This document shows, piece after piece, positions 19,395-28,755 of a DNA stretch of 62,763 bases. How positions within the stretch are numbered: the first letter of the stretch is position 1; each line of letters opens with the position of its first letter. Source of the stretch: Candidatus Epulonipiscium sp. (GTDB taxonomy: Bacteria; Bacillota; Clostridia; Lachnospirales; JAAYNZ01); NCBI GenBank assembly GCA_012520595.1, contig JAAYNZ010000089.1, positions 1 through 62,763 of the forward strand, written 5' to 3'. Under the pieces are notes generated by a model, which did no database searches, was not told where the DNA came from, and saw only the letters and a list, made by a program, of their open reading frames with translations. Both the position numbers and the translations under genes were made by a program.

Positions 19395-20162
19395 TTACAG
19401 TTCTTTTGAATAACCCAATTCTTTTGATATTTTTAGACTGTACTCTAAGAGATAAGTAGAGAAAACTTCTATCCTTTCTGGCGTCATTCGAATAGCTGGA
19501 CCTGAAATACTAAGAGCTGCATATACATTTCCTTTATAATCAAAAATAGGAGCACCTATACATCGAACACCTATTTCATTTTCTTGATCATCAATAGCAT
19601 ACCCTTTTTTCTTTACTTTTTTTAACTCTTCTTGCATTTTATCATACTGGATAATCGTAAATGGAGTGTACGCTTGTTTGGAACTGGCTTCCCATAAGGC
19701 TTTTCTTTCTTTTTCCTCCAAATAAGCTAACATTACTTTTCCCACAGCAGTACAATACAAAGGGCTTCTTCTTCCAATTCTGGAATGCATACGTAATGTA
19801 TAATCTCCTTCTACTTTATCAATGTATATAATTTCTGTGCCTTCTCGAATGACTAAGTGAACAACTTCATTGGTCTTGTCTGCTAATTCTCTTAAATATG
19901 GTTTTGCAAGAGTCAGGACATCTAATTTTTCTATCTTTTTATTTCCTAGCTCAAATAATTTCATGGTCAAGCGATATCGATTGGTTTCAGAATCTTGTTC
20001 TACATAACCCCTAAACATTAAAGTTCCTAATAATCGATGTACAGTACTCTTATGCAAATTAATCTGTTTACTAATTTCAGACAATCCTAACCCTTGTTCT
20101 TGATCTGATAAGGCTTCTAAAATAGATAGAGCACGATCTACGGATTGAACAACCTCTTTCAT
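19395..20162 (-). CDS. IclR-family transcriptional regulator (KdgR-like)
   Basis: SVDRALSILE...LSEISKQINLHKSTVHRLL HTH plus an IclR effector domain. Start set to the ATG at 20162, 7 nt after GGAGGA; the track start is a TTG. Confidence 0.88.
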   Translation of the reverse strand: MKEVVQSVDRALSILEALSDQEQGLGLSEISKQINLHKSTVHRLLGTLMFRGYVEQDSETNRYRLTMKLFELGNKKIEKLDVLTLAKPYLRELADKTNEVVHLVIREGTEIIYIDKVEGDYTLRMHSRIGRRSPLYCTAVGKVMLAYLEEKERKALWEASSKQAYTPFTIIQYDKMQEELKKVKKKGYAIDDQENEIGVRCIGAPIFDYKGNVYAALSISGPAIRMTPERIEVFSTYLLEYSLKISKELGYSKEL

Positions 20163-20237
20163 GTTGAATTCCTCCAAGTGCAATATGTTTGTATAAAAAT
20201 TATCTTAACATAAAATAGACTACTATGAAAGAGTATT

Positions 20238-21500
20238 TTATTTTTTCCTTTTTGATAAGCAAGAAGTAGCTGCCCATTTTCCTGCTACATATCCGCTGGA
20301 CCAGGCCCATTGCAAATTAAAGCCACCACAATCTCCATCAATGTCAATGACTTCCCCCGTAAAATAAAGATCCGAAATCTTTTTAGATTCCATTGTTTTA
20401 GGATCTACTTCTTTTGTATCAATCCCTCCAGCTGTTACTTGGGCTTGACGCCAAGATTGAGTACCTTTGACAGAAAAAGTCCAAGATTTTAAAATTTTAA
20501 GGATTTGTCTTTTCTCATGCTCTTGAACTTCTTTACAAGGTTTTTGAATATTCTTAATACCTGCTTCTAGTAAAATAACTGGTATAAGTCTTTTATTGAT
20601 AAATCCTACAAAACTAAAATCTAAAGATTTATCGGGATCATAACCCCACCTAGTGTGTAAAAGAATTTCTAATTGTTCAGAAGAATAATCCGGAAATAAA
20701 TCCAATTGAATATTTACCTCTTGACCTTGTTGCAAAGCCTGCGAAGCCATTCGACTGATTTGTAAAATAGGAGGCCCAGAGATTCCATAATCAGTAAATA
20801 AAATCTCTCCTTTTTCTTTGCGCAAAAATTTTTGATTCCCATGTACGCTAATTTCACCTTTAAACTTAACTCCTTTTATTCTCTTTAAAAAATGGGCTTC
20901 TAAACACAATTGTACAAGGGCTGGAAAAGGTTTTACAATGGAATGTCCTAAAGTTTCTACTATTTGATATCCGCTTCCATTGGATCCTAATTGAGAACTA
21001 GCTTTTCCTCCTGTTGCTACAATTACTTTTTCAGCCTGTACTATTTCTTTCCTTCCTTCCATTTGAATAGAAAACCCTTTATTTATGGGTATAATATGAG
21101 TCACTTCTACATTGCAAATTTCTTGTATTTTAAGTTTTTTCATTTCATACCGAAGAACATCCAGTACACTGGAGGCTTGATCTGAAAAAGGATATATTTT
21201 TTCTTCCTCTACCTTACAAGCAATCCCTAACATTTCAAAAAATTGTACCGTTTGTTGAGGAGTAAATTGTCCTAGGGCTCCATAAATAAATTTAGGATTT
21301 TGTCCATGATATCGTTCCACAACAATGTTTTGATTTGTTAAATTACAGCGTCCATTACCGGTTGCTAATATTTTTTTCCCAACTCGATCCATTCTTTCTA
21401 GTAATGTGACAGTAGCTCCTAAGCGGGCTGCACTAATGGCAGCCATCATGCCACTGGCTCCGCCACCAATTACACATATTTGTGTTTTTATCGGTTTCAT
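20238..21500 (-). CDS. HI0933-like NAD(P)/FAD-dependent oxidoreductase (BaiN/aminoacetone-oxidase-like family)
   Basis: VIGGGASGMMAA...ATGNGRCNLTN...TAGGI...GEVIDIDGDCGGFNLQWAWSSG, typical of the HI0933 family. Confidence 0.85.
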   Translation of the reverse strand: MKPIKTQICVIGGGASGMMAAISAARLGATVTLLERMDRVGKKILATGNGRCNLTNQNIVVERYHGQNPKFIYGALGQFTPQQTVQFFEMLGIACKVEEEKIYPFSDQASSVLDVLRYEMKKLKIQEICNVEVTHIIPINKGFSIQMEGRKEIVQAEKVIVATGGKASSQLGSNGSGYQIVETLGHSIVKPFPALVQLCLEAHFLKRIKGVKFKGEISVHGNQKFLRKEKGEILFTDYGISGPPILQISRMASQALQQGQEVNIQLDLFPDYSSEQLEILLHTRWGYDPDKSLDFSFVGFINKRLIPVILLEAGIKNIQKPCKEVQEHEKRQILKILKSWTFSVKGTQSWRQAQVTAGGIDTKEVDPKTMESKKISDLYFTGEVIDIDGDCGGFNLQWAWSSGYVAGKWAATSCLSKRKK

Positions 21501-21598
21501 CACTAAATTCCTTTCCCTCTTTTAAGCTTATAGATATCCACATTCATAATTGAAAATATGCCAATTCCTAAGCAAGTGTACAGATAAGAAATTCATTT

Positions 21599-21640
21599 AC
21601 ACAAGTTAAAGGCATGGAATCCCATGCCTTTAACTTGTGT
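21599..21640 (-). terminator. 19-bp perfect inverted repeat overlapping the stop codon of the 21630-22271 gene (possible terminator or stabiliser)
   Basis: ACACAAGTTAAAGGCATGG-aatc-CCATGCCTTTAACTTGTGT. There is no clear U-tract after it on the minus strand (TAAATGAATTTC). Confidence 0.4.
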
Positions 21641-22271
21641 AATCTTCTAATATCCGAATTAATTCTTCTTCTCCATAGACAGGAATACCTTGTTCTAATT
21701 TTTTTTGTTCTTCATGAGGAAGAACTGAGATGGGGGTGGCTGTAATTTCCCGAAGTACCCATTCACCATTAATATCATAAAAAACTGCAATACATCCATC
21801 GTAAACTCCAACTAGATAATAGTGATGTGGGCTTTTTTCTTGTAATACTTTTCGCAACACTACCTTCTTATCAGAAAATAATTGCAACTCCCAATCGGAC
21901 AGTTTTTCTTGTAACTGTTCCCTTGTCATATCCAACAAGTAATAAGGAGGATCTGATTCTTCTTCCATCACTTTTTGATCTAAAGCATAGTAATATTGAT
22001 AAACTAATTTTGTAGATGGAAGAATCTTTTCAGAGTCTTGTGTTCCTACTTCTTTTGATAAATTTTGTTGTAAATCTGTAATATCCTGTTGTATATTTGC
22101 TTTTTCATCCGATAAATCTAGTGATAGATCACTGATTTGATACTCCTCTTGTTGCATAGGCTTTTTATTCTCTTGATTATAGTTTCTATAAATATATTGA
22201 TATCCACCAATAATACTAACAATCCCTACTAAAATGCCACTCATAAGGAACCATTTTTTATTTTTCCACAT
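21630..22271 (-). CDS. Membrane-anchored hypothetical protein
   Basis: Single N-terminal TM helix and an acidic linker. The C-terminal ...YLVGVYDGCIAVFY...LEQGIPV..EEELIRILEDY segment is reminiscent of BofC-C-type domains (unverified). Start set to the ATG at 22271 after GGAGG. Confidence 0.5.
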   Translation of the reverse strand: MWKNKKWFLMSGILVGIVSIIGGYQYIYRNYNQENKKPMQQEEYQISDLSLDLSDEKANIQQDITDLQQNLSKEVGTQDSEKILPSTKLVYQYYYALDQKVMEEESDPPYYLLDMTREQLQEKLSDWELQLFSDKKVVLRKVLQEKSPHHYYLVGVYDGCIAVFYDINGEWVLREITATPISVLPHEEQKKLEQGIPVYGEEELIRILEDYTS

Positions 22272-22327
22272 TACCAAAATACCTCCAAAAAGTCTTTTGG
22301 TAATATTATCTACTATTTCGGTCTTTT

Positions 22328-23941
22328 CTATACCTTAAGAAAGCCTCTTTTTTCCATGGACATTAAAATCTTTTTACCCAAAGGAAACATTTCTATTTCT
22401 TCCTTCGTAATTCCCTGAATTCCTAACAAAATACTAAAGTAAACCAATACAGACAAGATAATGGAGCCTACGGTGGCAAAAGTATTTTGATGAGTACCCC
22501 ATAGCATAATTTTATAAAATACAAAACAAAAAATGCCCATAATACTAGAAGCAATCACAGGTTTCACAAATATAAATCCATAATTTAAAGGGATATTCGT
22601 CTCTTTAATCACGTCTCTTAAATCTAATACACACACCATCAATGCAAATAAGTTTGTACTTATTACAGCACCTACTACATTTAAATCAAAAAGATAAATA
22701 AAAACAAGGTTCCCAAGAATTTTAAGGATACTACTAAATAAAGAGTTTTTAACAGGTACATATACTTTTCCTAGCCCCTGCAATAAAGCAGTCGATATTT
22801 GGGCTAAAGCAAAAAAGACAATAGAAATAGAACCTATTTTTAATAACAAGCCACCTTCGGCTTGATTGGGAAAAAGCATCATCAAAACAGGGTCCGCTAA
22901 AACCATAAGTCCTATGGCTGCTGGAGTGGCAAGAAGCATTGTAAATCGTAAAGCTAAATTAATTTTGTTTTCTAAGGCTTCTTTTTCTGCTCGAACAACA
23001 GAGGCTGAAATACTAGGTACTGCTGCTGTAGCTAAAGCAGTAGCCAAAGAAATGGGGAGTGTAGTTAAAACAACATATTTGCCCGTTAGAATTCCATATA
23101 ATTGAGCAATTCTTTTTTCTTCATACCTTAAAAAACTTAGTCCCCTATGCACCATACTTAAATCAATTAAATTAGTAACACTTAATATGGCCGTTCCAAC
23201 AATAATAGGAAGAGCCAAATGTAACATATCATATAGAATGGTGGAAAAAGAGATCTTTGCTTCTTGATGAGCAAATTTTTTAATTCGCCTCATAAATTTA
23301 GGACGAGCAGGTAAATACAATAGCAATAAAAAAAATAGACCTCCTAAAGCACCGATACCTGTTCCTAATGTTCCACCTGCAGCTCCATACTCAACTCCTC
23401 GAGGCATTAGCCAGGAAGCTAACAAAACACTAGAAATGGCATTAAATAATTGTTCAATAATCTGAGAAACAGCCGTAGGAACCATGGTATTCATTCCTTG
23501 AAAATAACCTCGCAAAGCCCCCATAATTGCTACAATAAATAATGTGGGTGCTAACATCTGTAAAGAATAAACAGACCTTGGACTTTTAAGCCACTGCGAG
23601 ATCCAACTACCTCCAAACCATAAAATCAAACTTGCAACTCCACCAGTAATACTACATAGGATTATTGCTACTTGAAAAATTTTATGGGCATTTCCATATT
23701 GTTTTAATGCTATTTTTTCTGCTACCATTTTTGACACAGCAATAGGAATACCTGCAGAAGAAAGAATGAAGAAAAAGGTATAAATCTGATATGCAGTACT
23801 ATATAGTCCATTACCATCATCCCCAATCATACGAGTTAAAGGAACTCGATATACAAATCCTATAAATCGTACAATAAGGGCTGCTATAGCTAAGATAGCT
23901 CCTTGTTTTGCCAATGTGCTTCCCTTATTTTTTTCGGCCAT
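22328..23941 (-). CDS. spoVB: MOP-superfamily flippase, stage V sporulation protein B / MurJ-like
   Basis: 537 aa with about 14 TM helices and the SpoVB-type N-terminus (GA.ILA.A.L..R.IG..YR.PL...IGDEG). Confidence 0.75.
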   Translation of the reverse strand: MAEKNKGSTLAKQGAILAIAALIVRFIGFVYRVPLTRMIGDDGNGLYSTAYQIYTFFFILSSAGIPIAVSKMVAEKIALKQYGNAHKIFQVAIILCSITGGVASLILWFGGSWISQWLKSPRSVYSLQMLAPTLFIVAIMGALRGYFQGMNTMVPTAVSQIIEQLFNAISSVLLASWLMPRGVEYGAAGGTLGTGIGALGGLFFLLLLYLPARPKFMRRIKKFAHQEAKISFSTILYDMLHLALPIIVGTAILSVTNLIDLSMVHRGLSFLRYEEKRIAQLYGILTGKYVVLTTLPISLATALATAAVPSISASVVRAEKEALENKINLALRFTMLLATPAAIGLMVLADPVLMMLFPNQAEGGLLLKIGSISIVFFALAQISTALLQGLGKVYVPVKNSLFSSILKILGNLVFIYLFDLNVVGAVISTNLFALMVCVLDLRDVIKETNIPLNYGFIFVKPVIASSIMGIFCFVFYKIMLWGTHQNTFATVGSIILSVLVYFSILLGIQGITKEEIEMFPLGKKILMSMEKRGFLKV

Positions 23942-23957
23942 TTCGTTCCACCTCTAT

Positions 23958-25793
23958 TTACAATTCTCTGTTTTTCTTTTGTGTTTTTTTCCTCATCCCA
24001 CTATCTAATACTTTTTTTCGTATCCTCAAATTTTTAGGGGTTATTTCTAAGAGTTCATCTTCTGCAATAAATTCTAATGCCTCCTCTAAGCTCATATTTT
24101 TAATAGGAGAAAGGCGTAAAGCTTCATCAGATCCTGCTGCTCTCATATTTGTAATATGCTTTTTCTTGCACACATTTACTTCGATGTCTTCTGTTCTTGG
24201 GCTTTGTCCTATGACCATTCCTTCGTAAACTTTTGTTCCTGGCGACACAAAAAGGATACCACGTTCTTGGGCATTATATAAACCATAAGTAACTGCCTCA
24301 CCTGTTTCAAAGGCTACTAAAGAACCTTGTATTCTTCTTGCAATATTACCTTTGTGAGGTGCATAACCATCAAAAACGGTATTTAATATACCTCGCCCTT
24401 TTGTATCTGTCATAAATTCTGATCCATAACCAATAAGCCCTCTAGCAGGAATTGAAAACTCTAAACGAATATAGCCTCCCTTCCCAGGAGTCATATTTAG
24501 AAGTTCTCCCTTCCTAGTTCCTAATTTCTCCATAACACTTCCCATACATTCCTCTGGAATATCAATGATTGCTTTTTCCATGGGTTCATAGCACTTTCCT
24601 TCGATATCCTTAAATAATACAATAGGTTGAGATACTTGGAATTCATATCCTTCTCGTCTCATCGTTTCAATTAAAATAGCTAAATGTAATTCTCCCCTTC
24701 CTGATACCTTAAAAGCATCAGGAGAATCTGTTTCTTCTACTCGTAAACTTACATCTGTATTTAAAGCTTTAAAAAGGCGATCACGTAAATGTCTAGAAGT
24801 AACATAATCTCCTTCCGTTCCTGCAAAAGGACTGTTATTTACAGAAAAGACCATTTGTATGGTTGGTTCTGAAATTTTTACAAAAGGAATAGGTTCTGGT
24901 ACGTTTACATCACAAACTGTATCACCAATTTGGATATCTTCTAAACCTGAAATAGCAATAATATCCCCTGCAAAAGCTTGGGTTATTTCCTTCCTTTGTA
25001 ATCCTTCAAATTCGTAAAGTTTACTAATTTTCATCTTCTCTTTTTGTTCTGGATAAAGATCATTAACAACAATAATCTCTTGATGTAAAGAAAGACTACC
25101 TCTTTCTACTTTGCCAATCCCAATTCTTCCTACATATTCGTTATAATCTATGGTAGAAATAAGTAATTGAGTAGGGGCATCCTGATCTACTTTAGGAGCT
25201 GGAATATGTCGAATAATAGTCTCTAGCAAACATGTCATATCTTCTTGTTGTTTAGTAGGATCTGAAGATGCAGTTCCTTCTTTTGCTGAAGCATAGATAA
25301 AAGGGCAATTTAATTGCTCTTCGCTGGCTTCCAAATCCAACATTAATTCTAAAACTTCTTCTTCTACTTCTTCTGGACGTGCTTCAGGTCGATCAATTTT
25401 ATTAATGCAAGTAATTACAGGAAGCTCCATGTCTAATGCTTTTTTTAAAACAAACTTTGTTTGAGGCATGACTCCTTCAAAAGCATCTACTACTAAGATT
25501 ACTCCATTGACCATTTTTAGAACTCTTTCTACTTCACCCCCAAAATCTGCATGTCCTGGCGTATCTATAATATTAATTTTTTTATCTTTATAACGAATGG
25601 CTGTGTTTTTAGATAAAATAGTGATACCTCGTTCTCGCTCTAATTCATTTGAATCCATAACCCGGTCTTCTACAACCTGATTCTTTCTAAAAATTCCACC
25701 TTGTTTTAATAATTGATCTACTAAAGTGGTTTTCCCATGATCTACGTGGGCAATAATAGCTACATTACGAATATCTTCTCTGTCTTGTATCAA
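23958..25793 (-). CDS. typA: Translational GTPase TypA/BipA
   Basis: [31 protein letters not shown]. 611 aa. TTG start at 25793. Confidence 0.96.
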   Translation of the reverse strand: MIQDREDIRNVAIIAHVDHGKTTLVDQLLKQGGIFRKNQVVEDRVMDSNELERERGITILSKNTAIRYKDKKINIIDTPGHADFGGEVERVLKMVNGVILVVDAFEGVMPQTKFVLKKALDMELPVITCINKIDRPEARPEEVEEEVLELMLDLEASEEQLNCPFIYASAKEGTASSDPTKQQEDMTCLLETIIRHIPAPKVDQDAPTQLLISTIDYNEYVGRIGIGKVERGSLSLHQEIIVVNDLYPEQKEKMKISKLYEFEGLQRKEITQAFAGDIIAISGLEDIQIGDTVCDVNVPEPIPFVKISEPTIQMVFSVNNSPFAGTEGDYVTSRHLRDRLFKALNTDVSLRVEETDSPDAFKVSGRGELHLAILIETMRREGYEFQVSQPIVLFKDIEGKCYEPMEKAIIDIPEECMGSVMEKLGTRKGELLNMTPGKGGYIRLEFSIPARGLIGYGSEFMTDTKGRGILNTVFDGYAPHKGNIARRIQGSLVAFETGEAVTYGLYNAQERGILFVSPGTKVYEGMVIGQSPRTEDIEVNVCKKKHITNMRAAGSDEALRLSPIKNMSLEEALEFIAEDELLEITPKNLRIRKKVLDSGMRKKTQKKNREL

Positions 25794-25877
25794 AATCGTT
25801 CCTACTTTCTGTCTTTGTATAGTTTAAATATAAATTTTATTGTATCACAAAATTTATGTAGTATTCAATATAAAATC

Positions 25878-26267
25878 TTAAAGATCTTTACTAGTAAAAG
25901 CAAATGGCAATAATTCTTGCACTGTATATTGTTTTATTTGTCCATTTTTTGTTTCTAAAATAACAATACCATTTGGCATAAATTCCATCATGACCTGTCT
26001 ACAAATCCCACATGGAAAGGTCTCCTCTTCTGAGCTACTAACAATCGCAATGGCTTTAAAATCCCTCTCTCCTTCTGAGATAGCTTTAAAAAACGCTGTA
26101 CGTTCTGCACAATTTGTTGCACCATAAGAGGCATTTTCAATATTGCATCCTGTATAAACCTTCCCTGAAACAGTTAAAAGAGCTGCTCCCACCTGAAAAT
26201 GAGAATAAGGAACATACGCATGTTTTTTTGCCTCTTTAGCTAAAAATATTAATTTTTTCTCATCCAA
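25878..26267 (-). CDS. cdd: Cytidine deaminase
   Basis: CAERTA and PCGICRQ zinc motifs. Start set to the TTG at 26267, 6 nt after AGGAGGA, giving about 130 aa. The track N-terminus has no RBS. Confidence 0.88.
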   Translation of the reverse strand: MDEKKLIFLAKEAKKHAYVPYSHFQVGAALLTVSGKVYTGCNIENASYGATNCAERTAFFKAISEGERDFKAIAIVSSSEEETFPCGICRQVMMEFMPNGIVILETKNGQIKQYTVQELLPFAFTSKDL

Positions 26268-26339
26268 TGTACTTCCTCCTATTCTAATAATATATAGACA
26301 TCTAACTTTAATCAATTTCTTTTTATATGTAAATTACGA

Positions 26340-27470
26340 TCATTGAATCTCATATCTTTGATTTTTAGGATAGATACTAATCCAAGTATTTCCTTTGTTG
26401 ATCTGAAGAGGTTTTCCTTCAAGATCTACAAATTGAGTTGGAGAATGATGGGAGGTTTTGTTCCATTTTACAGGCATTACTTTTCCATTTGTAATATAAA
26501 ATCCTTCCCCTTCTGTTAATAAGTTCATATCTCTACAAAAATTAGGATCATTTGGAATGGTCCAAATATCTGTTAATTGAATTAAAATATTTTTAAAAGC
26601 AAGCTGCTCTTGGGTATTAGCATCAATATGAACTTCTCCAGACTGAAAATGTTTATACTTTTTTAAACCTACATCATATTTGAATTCTGAAGTAAGGTAA
26701 TAAGAAAAAGGAAGATTTATTTCATTTGCATTTTCTCCTTCAATGATGGTATCTTCTTCAAAAAAATGAAATATCAAAGGGAAGTCTTTTTGCCTTTCGG
26801 AACGATATCCAACTTTATTCCAAGCAGTCATAATCTTTTCTGCATTTGTAAAAGCACTATGCTCTTGTCCCTTTGTTTTCCATCGTTCCATATCTCGCCA
26901 ACACATAATTTCATCCAACCACGAAAGTCCATTTAAGTTTTCTACATTAAGTTCCTTAAAAGCCCGATGAGCATAAATACTTTGTCCATAATGAACATAA
27001 ATAGCATCATGATCAAACGCAAAATCTAAATAATAATGTCGCGCACTGCGTATTGGCCCTATTTTTTCCGCATCAAAATCTTGAAATATAGCCATTAGAC
27101 GAGTCATTTCTCCTTCTGCCAATGTTTCATAAATTACATCTGCTTGGGCTAAACCATGATGTGGCCAAGCTCTTTTATGATTATTAATCATAACAGCTAC
27201 AGGTCGCCTTTTTGCAGCCTTTTCGTCAATCCATAATCCGGTTAAAGGATTTATTTCTTGTCCTATATGCAGATCTTCTTTTACTTTTTCTTTTACCGTT
27301 TCTTCTATTTCTTTTTCCTCTTTCATTTCTTCTGCTATCTGTTCTTTCATAACCCACTGATCCTCTTTTGCTAATTTTTCTTTTTTACATCCTATTACTC
27401 CCCACAATAAAAAAAACATGGAAAATATGAATAGATACCGTTTTTTCCATTCTTTTTTCCGAATTTTCAC
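26340..27470 (-). CDS. DUF3048-domain lipoprotein (YerB-like)
   Basis: Lipoprotein signal LLWGVIGC. RPVAVMINN...GPIRSARHYY pattern as I recall for DUF3048. GTG start after GGGGGAG, directly abutting the upstream stop. Confidence 0.7.
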   Translation of the reverse strand: MKIRKKEWKKRYLFIFSMFFLLWGVIGCKKEKLAKEDQWVMKEQIAEEMKEEKEIEETVKEKVKEDLHIGQEINPLTGLWIDEKAAKRRPVAVMINNHKRAWPHHGLAQADVIYETLAEGEMTRLMAIFQDFDAEKIGPIRSARHYYLDFAFDHDAIYVHYGQSIYAHRAFKELNVENLNGLSWLDEIMCWRDMERWKTKGQEHSAFTNAEKIMTAWNKVGYRSERQKDFPLIFHFFEEDTIIEGENANEINLPFSYYLTSEFKYDVGLKKYKHFQSGEVHIDANTQEQLAFKNILIQLTDIWTIPNDPNFCRDMNLLTEGEGFYITNGKVMPVKWNKTSHHSPTQFVDLEGKPLQINKGNTWISIYPKNQRYEIQ

Positions 27471-28172
27471 TTATGACTCCCCCTCATCTTTTGTATAATT
27501 CTCTGGCTTTAAAATTCCTCCAGATACAATTAGTTTCATGGCTACTTCTACAGGCATTTTAAGTACAGTTACATCTTTTTCTTTTATAAGAAGCATAAAC
27601 CCTGATGTAGGATTAGGTGTCGTAGGAATAAATACACTAACCATTTTTTCTCCAATATGATCGTTGATCTCTTTTAATCCATCTCCTGTTATAAACCCCA
27701 ATGTATAGCATCCTTTATAAGGATAAGGAATTAATGCTACTTCTCGAAAAGCTTTTTGGTTATGTTGGAATAAGGTATCAAAAATTTTTGCAAAGGCAGT
27801 GTAGATATTTCCCATAATGGGAATCTTCAAAATAATATCCTCTATTTTTTTCCATAACTTTCTTCCTAATACTTTTGAAGAAACGTAGCCTACAGTACAG
27901 ATAATAAGAAGACTAATAAACAATCCCATCCCTGGAACATTAATTTGTTCTTTTGAAATGGTTAAACCAAAAAAATTAAAAAGAAAAAGTAATACATTGG
28001 AAACCAACTCTCGTGGCCACCGATCAATAAAAGAAAAAAGAAATTGTAATGCATATACTGTAAATGCTAATGGAAGAATTGTAATCAAACCAGTAATAAA
28101 AACATATCGAAGAGCCCCAAATGATTGGCGAATTCCTTCCCAAGGGACTCTAAAGAAAACTCTTTTTTTCAT
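27471..28172 (-). CDS. DUF502-domain membrane protein
   Basis: 233 aa, two N-terminal TM helices, conserved ...IPTTPNPTSGF... motif typical of DUF502. Confidence 0.72.
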   Translation of the reverse strand: MKKRVFFRVPWEGIRQSFGALRYVFITGLITILPLAFTVYALQFLFSFIDRWPRELVSNVLLFLFNFFGLTISKEQINVPGMGLFISLLIICTVGYVSSKVLGRKLWKKIEDIILKIPIMGNIYTAFAKIFDTLFQHNQKAFREVALIPYPYKGCYTLGFITGDGLKEINDHIGEKMVSVFIPTTPNPTSGFMLLIKEKDVTVLKMPVEVAMKLIVSGGILKPENYTKDEGES

Positions 28173-28203
28173 ATTGGAGCTCCTTTGTCAAAGATTTAAA
28201 AGT

Positions 28204-28225
28204 AGGGCATTAACTAGTATGCCCT
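28204..28225 (-). terminator. Possible terminator after ybeY
   Basis: AGGGCAT-taactagt-ATGCCCT, a 7-bp stem followed by ACTTTTAAAT on the minus strand. Confidence 0.45.
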
Positions 28226-28257
28226 CATTCGCTCCACTTATAAATTAAATTTATATT

Positions 28258-28755
28258 TTACCTTACTAAACCTACTTTTTCTAAAATCAGCTCTTGCTTT
28301 TCATTCATAACCTTTTCTTCATTCTCCGTCATATGGTCATACCCCATAAGATGGAACATACTATGAGCTACCAAAAAACCAATTTCCCTTTCTAAAGAGT
28401 GCCCGTACAATTCACTTTGTTCTTTTGCTTTTTCTAATGAAATAATAATATCTCCCAAAATCAATTCTTTTGTATCTAGATTAAAGCATTCTGAGAAACT
28501 TACTAATGAATCTATATTTTTGGTTTGATCTGCAAAATCTAGCATAGGAAAAGACAAAACATCTGTTGGATTATCAATACCTCTATGTTGCTTATTTAAT
28601 TCATGTATTTCTTGATTGTCTACAAAAGTAATACTAACTTCTGTAGATAAAGGATATTCTTCCTGTTCAAGAGATGTCTTTACAATGTTTTCAATTTGTT
28701 CTTCCATTCCTTTAGGAAGTTCCATCATTGTGTTATTCTCTATCCAAATCGTCAT
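28258..28755 (-). CDS. ybeY: rRNA maturation endoribonuclease YbeY
   Basis: HSMFHLMGYDH metal-binding motif, 165 aa, overlaps the end of pgpH by 23 nt. Confidence 0.93.
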   Translation of the reverse strand: MTIWIENNTMMELPKGMEEQIENIVKTSLEQEEYPLSTEVSITFVDNQEIHELNKQHRGIDNPTDVLSFPMLDFADQTKNIDSLVSFSECFNLDTKELILGDIIISLEKAKEQSELYGHSLEREIGFLVAHSMFHLMGYDHMTENEEKVMNEKQELILEKVGLVR

